A stretch of 64,000 bases of DNA from the NCBI GenBank assembly GCA_944388735.1, contig CALXJX010000002.1:2480-66479 (forward strand), in the 5' to 3' direction. The position numbers and the translations under genes were made by a program. Positions within the stretch are counted from its first letter, which is position 1; each line of letters begins with the position of its first letter. The notes below the pieces were generated by a model. That model saw nothing but the letters and a program-made list of their open reading frames with translations, was not told the DNA's origin and did no database searches. The stretch comes from an uncultured Clostridia bacterium. GTDB lineage: Bacteria > Bacillota > Clostridia > TANB77 > CAG-508. Positions 61,878-64,000 of the stretch are shown in pieces.

Positions 61878-63386
61878 TTAATTGTTAATTGGCTTCATTG
61901 TTGGGAATAATAATACGTCTCTAATTGATGCTGCATCTGTAAGTAACATTACAAATCTATCTATTCCTATTCCTAATCCTCCTGTTGGTGGTAATCCTAT
62001 TTCTAGTGCTTGGATATAGTCTTCGTCCATCATTCCAGCTTCATCATCACCAGCTTCTCTTGCTTCTACTTGTTTTTTAAATCTCTCATATTGGTCTATT
62101 GGGTCATTTAATTCAGAAAAAGCATTTCCATATTCTCTTCCACATATAAATACTTCAAATCTTTCTGTCATTCTTTTATCTTTTGCACTTTTCTTTGCAA
62201 GTGGTGATATTTCTACTGGATAGTCATATATGAATGTTGGTTGAATTAATGTTTTTTCCACATATTCGTCAAAGAATAGGCTTATTACATCTCCTCTTGT
62301 TTCCTTTGTTTTATCAGCTATTTCTAATCTTTTTTCTTTTGCTAAAGCTACTGCTTCTTCATCTGTGTTTATAGTATTAAAATCAATACCTGTTGTTTCT
62401 TTTATTGCCTCTATCATGCTAATTCTTTTCCAGCCTGGTTTTAAATCAATTTCTTGTCCTTGATATGTTATTTTTGTTGTTCCTAATATTTCTTTTGCTG
62501 TTCTTGAAAATAACTCTTCTGTGATGTCCATCATATCATGATAATCCTGATATGCAGCGTATAATTCAAGCATTGTAAATTCAGGGTTATGTCTTATATC
62601 CATTCCCTCATTTCTGAATACTCTTCCTATTTCATATACTCTATCAAATCCGCCAACAATTAATCTCTTCAAATTTAATTCTAGTGCTATTCTTAAATAC
62701 ATATCTATGTTTAATGAATTATGGTGTGTTATAAATGGTCTTGCTGTTGCTCCTCCTGATATTGTGTTTAATATTGGTGTTTCTACTTCTAGATATCCTC
62801 TTTCTTCTAAAATTTTTCTTATATTACTAATTATTTTACTTCTTAATACAAATGTTTCTTTTACTTCTGGATTTACAATTAGGTCTGTATATCTTTGTCT
62901 ATATCTTAAATCAGGATCTTTTAATCCATGGAATTTTTCTGGCAATGGTCTTAATGATTTAGATAGTAATGTTACCTCTTTTGCATGTACTGATATTTCT
63001 TCTGTTCTTGTTTTAAATACAAATCCTGTTATTCCTATTATGTCTCCTATATCAAATGTTTTAAATTCTTTATAACTTTCTTCTCCTAGGTCATTTATAC
63101 TTACATAACTTTGTATTTTTTCATCACTGTCTTGTATTGTACAAAATGATGCTTTTCCCATTATTCTTTTTGCTATTATTCTTCCTGCAACAGTTACATC
63201 CTTTTGTTCGAATTTTTCGTAGTTTGCTTTTATTTCTCCTGCTGTATTTGTTCTTTTATATTTTGTTATTTGATATGGATCTTTTCCTTGTTCTTGTAGT
63301 TCTTTTAATTTTTCTCTTCTTATTTGCATTAGATGATTTATGTCTAATTCTTCTGTTTGATTATTGTTGTTTTGGTTTTCTTGCAT
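61878..63386 (-). CDS. lysS: Lysine--tRNA ligase (class II)
   Basis: N-terminal OB anticodon-binding domain and class II motifs ([14 protein letters not shown]). Confidence 0.93.
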   Translation of the reverse strand: MQENQNNNNQTEELDINHLMQIRREKLKELQEQGKDPYQITKYKRTNTAGEIKANYEKFEQKDVTVAGRIIAKRIMGKASFCTIQDSDEKIQSYVSINDLGEESYKEFKTFDIGDIIGITGFVFKTRTEEISVHAKEVTLLSKSLRPLPEKFHGLKDPDLRYRQRYTDLIVNPEVKETFVLRSKIISNIRKILEERGYLEVETPILNTISGGATARPFITHHNSLNIDMYLRIALELNLKRLIVGGFDRVYEIGRVFRNEGMDIRHNPEFTMLELYAAYQDYHDMMDITEELFSRTAKEILGTTKITYQGQEIDLKPGWKRISMIEAIKETTGIDFNTINTDEEAVALAKEKRLEIADKTKETRGDVISLFFDEYVEKTLIQPTFIYDYPVEISPLAKKSAKDKRMTERFEVFICGREYGNAFSELNDPIDQYERFKKQVEAREAGDDEAGMMDEDYIQALEIGLPPTGGLGIGIDRFVMLLTDAASIRDVLLFPTMKPINN

Positions 63387-63480
63387 GTTTAATCACATTC
63401 CTTTCTGAAGGCACAATTCTGGTTGGAAAAGAATTAAATAATTATTTTTCAACCTTATCTCTCCTCTTTTCTTTATTTCT
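63387..63480 (-). promoter_or_regulatory. lysS 5' leader carrying the same hairpin/extended-SD element as 44338-44519
   Basis: mRNA sense: AGGAGAGATAAGGTTGAAAAATAATTATTTAATTCTTTTCCAACCAGAATTGTGCCTTCAGAAAGGAATGTGATTAAAC-ATG. Confidence 0.35.
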
Positions 63481-63601
63481 TGTATATTATATAGTAAATT
63501 ATAGGAAAAGTAAAGTTTTATCTATAAAAAAACACTATAATTACATATCAATTTGCATTTTTATTTTGCTTTGTAATTATAATGTTTGTTTTTGATCATT
63601 T

Positions 63602-64000
63602 TTATTCTATTGTATCTAAGTCATATCTTTGTATATCTGCTTTATAATTTTGCTGTATCTCAGAATCTGTCAATGCTTTTTTATAGACTCTAAAGTTTGA
63701 CATTGTTCCTTTAAAGTACCTGTTATCATCATTAAATGATTTAGCTATTACAAAATTCATATTCGTATATAAATTTAAGCTTTCTGTAGTAGACATTTCT
63801 CCATATAATTTTCCATTCAAATAAAGTTTGATACCTTTTTTGCCTTCCATTACAACAGTTATTTGAACATTTTTGTTATATAAAATATTTTTATCTATTT
63901 CAATTTCTGCTGTTCCAGTACTACTTCCTGTGTACATAACGAATTGAATTTTATCACCATTACACTGCGACATTATTCCTATATATGTTGATCCACCTGC
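63602..64000 (-). CDS. Concanavalin A-like lectin/LamG domain protein, C-terminal part (gene continues beyond the window end)
   Basis: The ORF is open to the window edge. Sequence (...KGIKLYLNGKLYGE..., FKGTMSNFRVYKKALTDSEIQ) is typical of LamG/laminin-G jelly-roll domains. Confidence 0.45.
   Translation of the reverse strand, partial: AGGSTYIGIMSQCNGDKIQFVMYTGSSTGTAEIEIDKNILYNKNVQITVVMEGKKGIKLYLNGKLYGEMSTTESLNLYTNMNFVIAKSFNDDNRYFKGTMSNFRVYKKALTDSEIQQNYKADIQRYDLDTIE

Overview
This is a 64 kb, AT-rich (about 27% GC) chromosomal segment from an endospore-forming Firmicute of the class Clostridia. It carries spoIVA, gpr, an SspH-type SASP, remA, the era-yqzL-recO arrangement, and a T-box on glyQS. 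Gene density is high and nearly all genes sit on the minus strand. Almost all are housekeeping: era, dprA, folD, ligA, uvrA, fhs, xseAB, nusB, asp23/amaP, fmt, def, priA, gmk, rpoZ, yicC, rsmE, tyrS, ftsY, glyQS, efp, tsaD, lysS, tRNA-Thr and tRNA-Trp. I found no phage, integrase, transposase, CRISPR or recognisable defence system.

Three things stand out.
1. Eight single-base insertions, all of the identical type CC to CCG on the plus strand, frameshift eight genes that are mostly essential: recO, uvrA twice, fhs, priA twice, an M23 peptidase and tsaD. The identical signature looks like a systematic base-calling or assembly artefact rather than biology.
2. Nearly every intergenic gap holds copies of a nested, mosaic family of palindromic MITE-like repeats. 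Some have perfect terminal inverted repeats of 31 to 37 bp, some have internal-deletion derivatives, and some supply gene 3' ends or replace 5' ends.
3. A 1.6 kb islet sits at the 3' end of tRNA-Thr. It is bounded by 22 bp direct repeats and encodes a DUF4143-type AAA ATPase with a degenerate Walker A motif.

Smaller items are listed under findings: a shared hairpin leader before lysS and a surface-protein gene, a GC-rich candidate small RNA, a dockerin-bearing GH73 glucosaminidase, and a zinc-ribbon ORF translationally coupled to tyrS. I could not recognise a novel multi-gene system with confidence.
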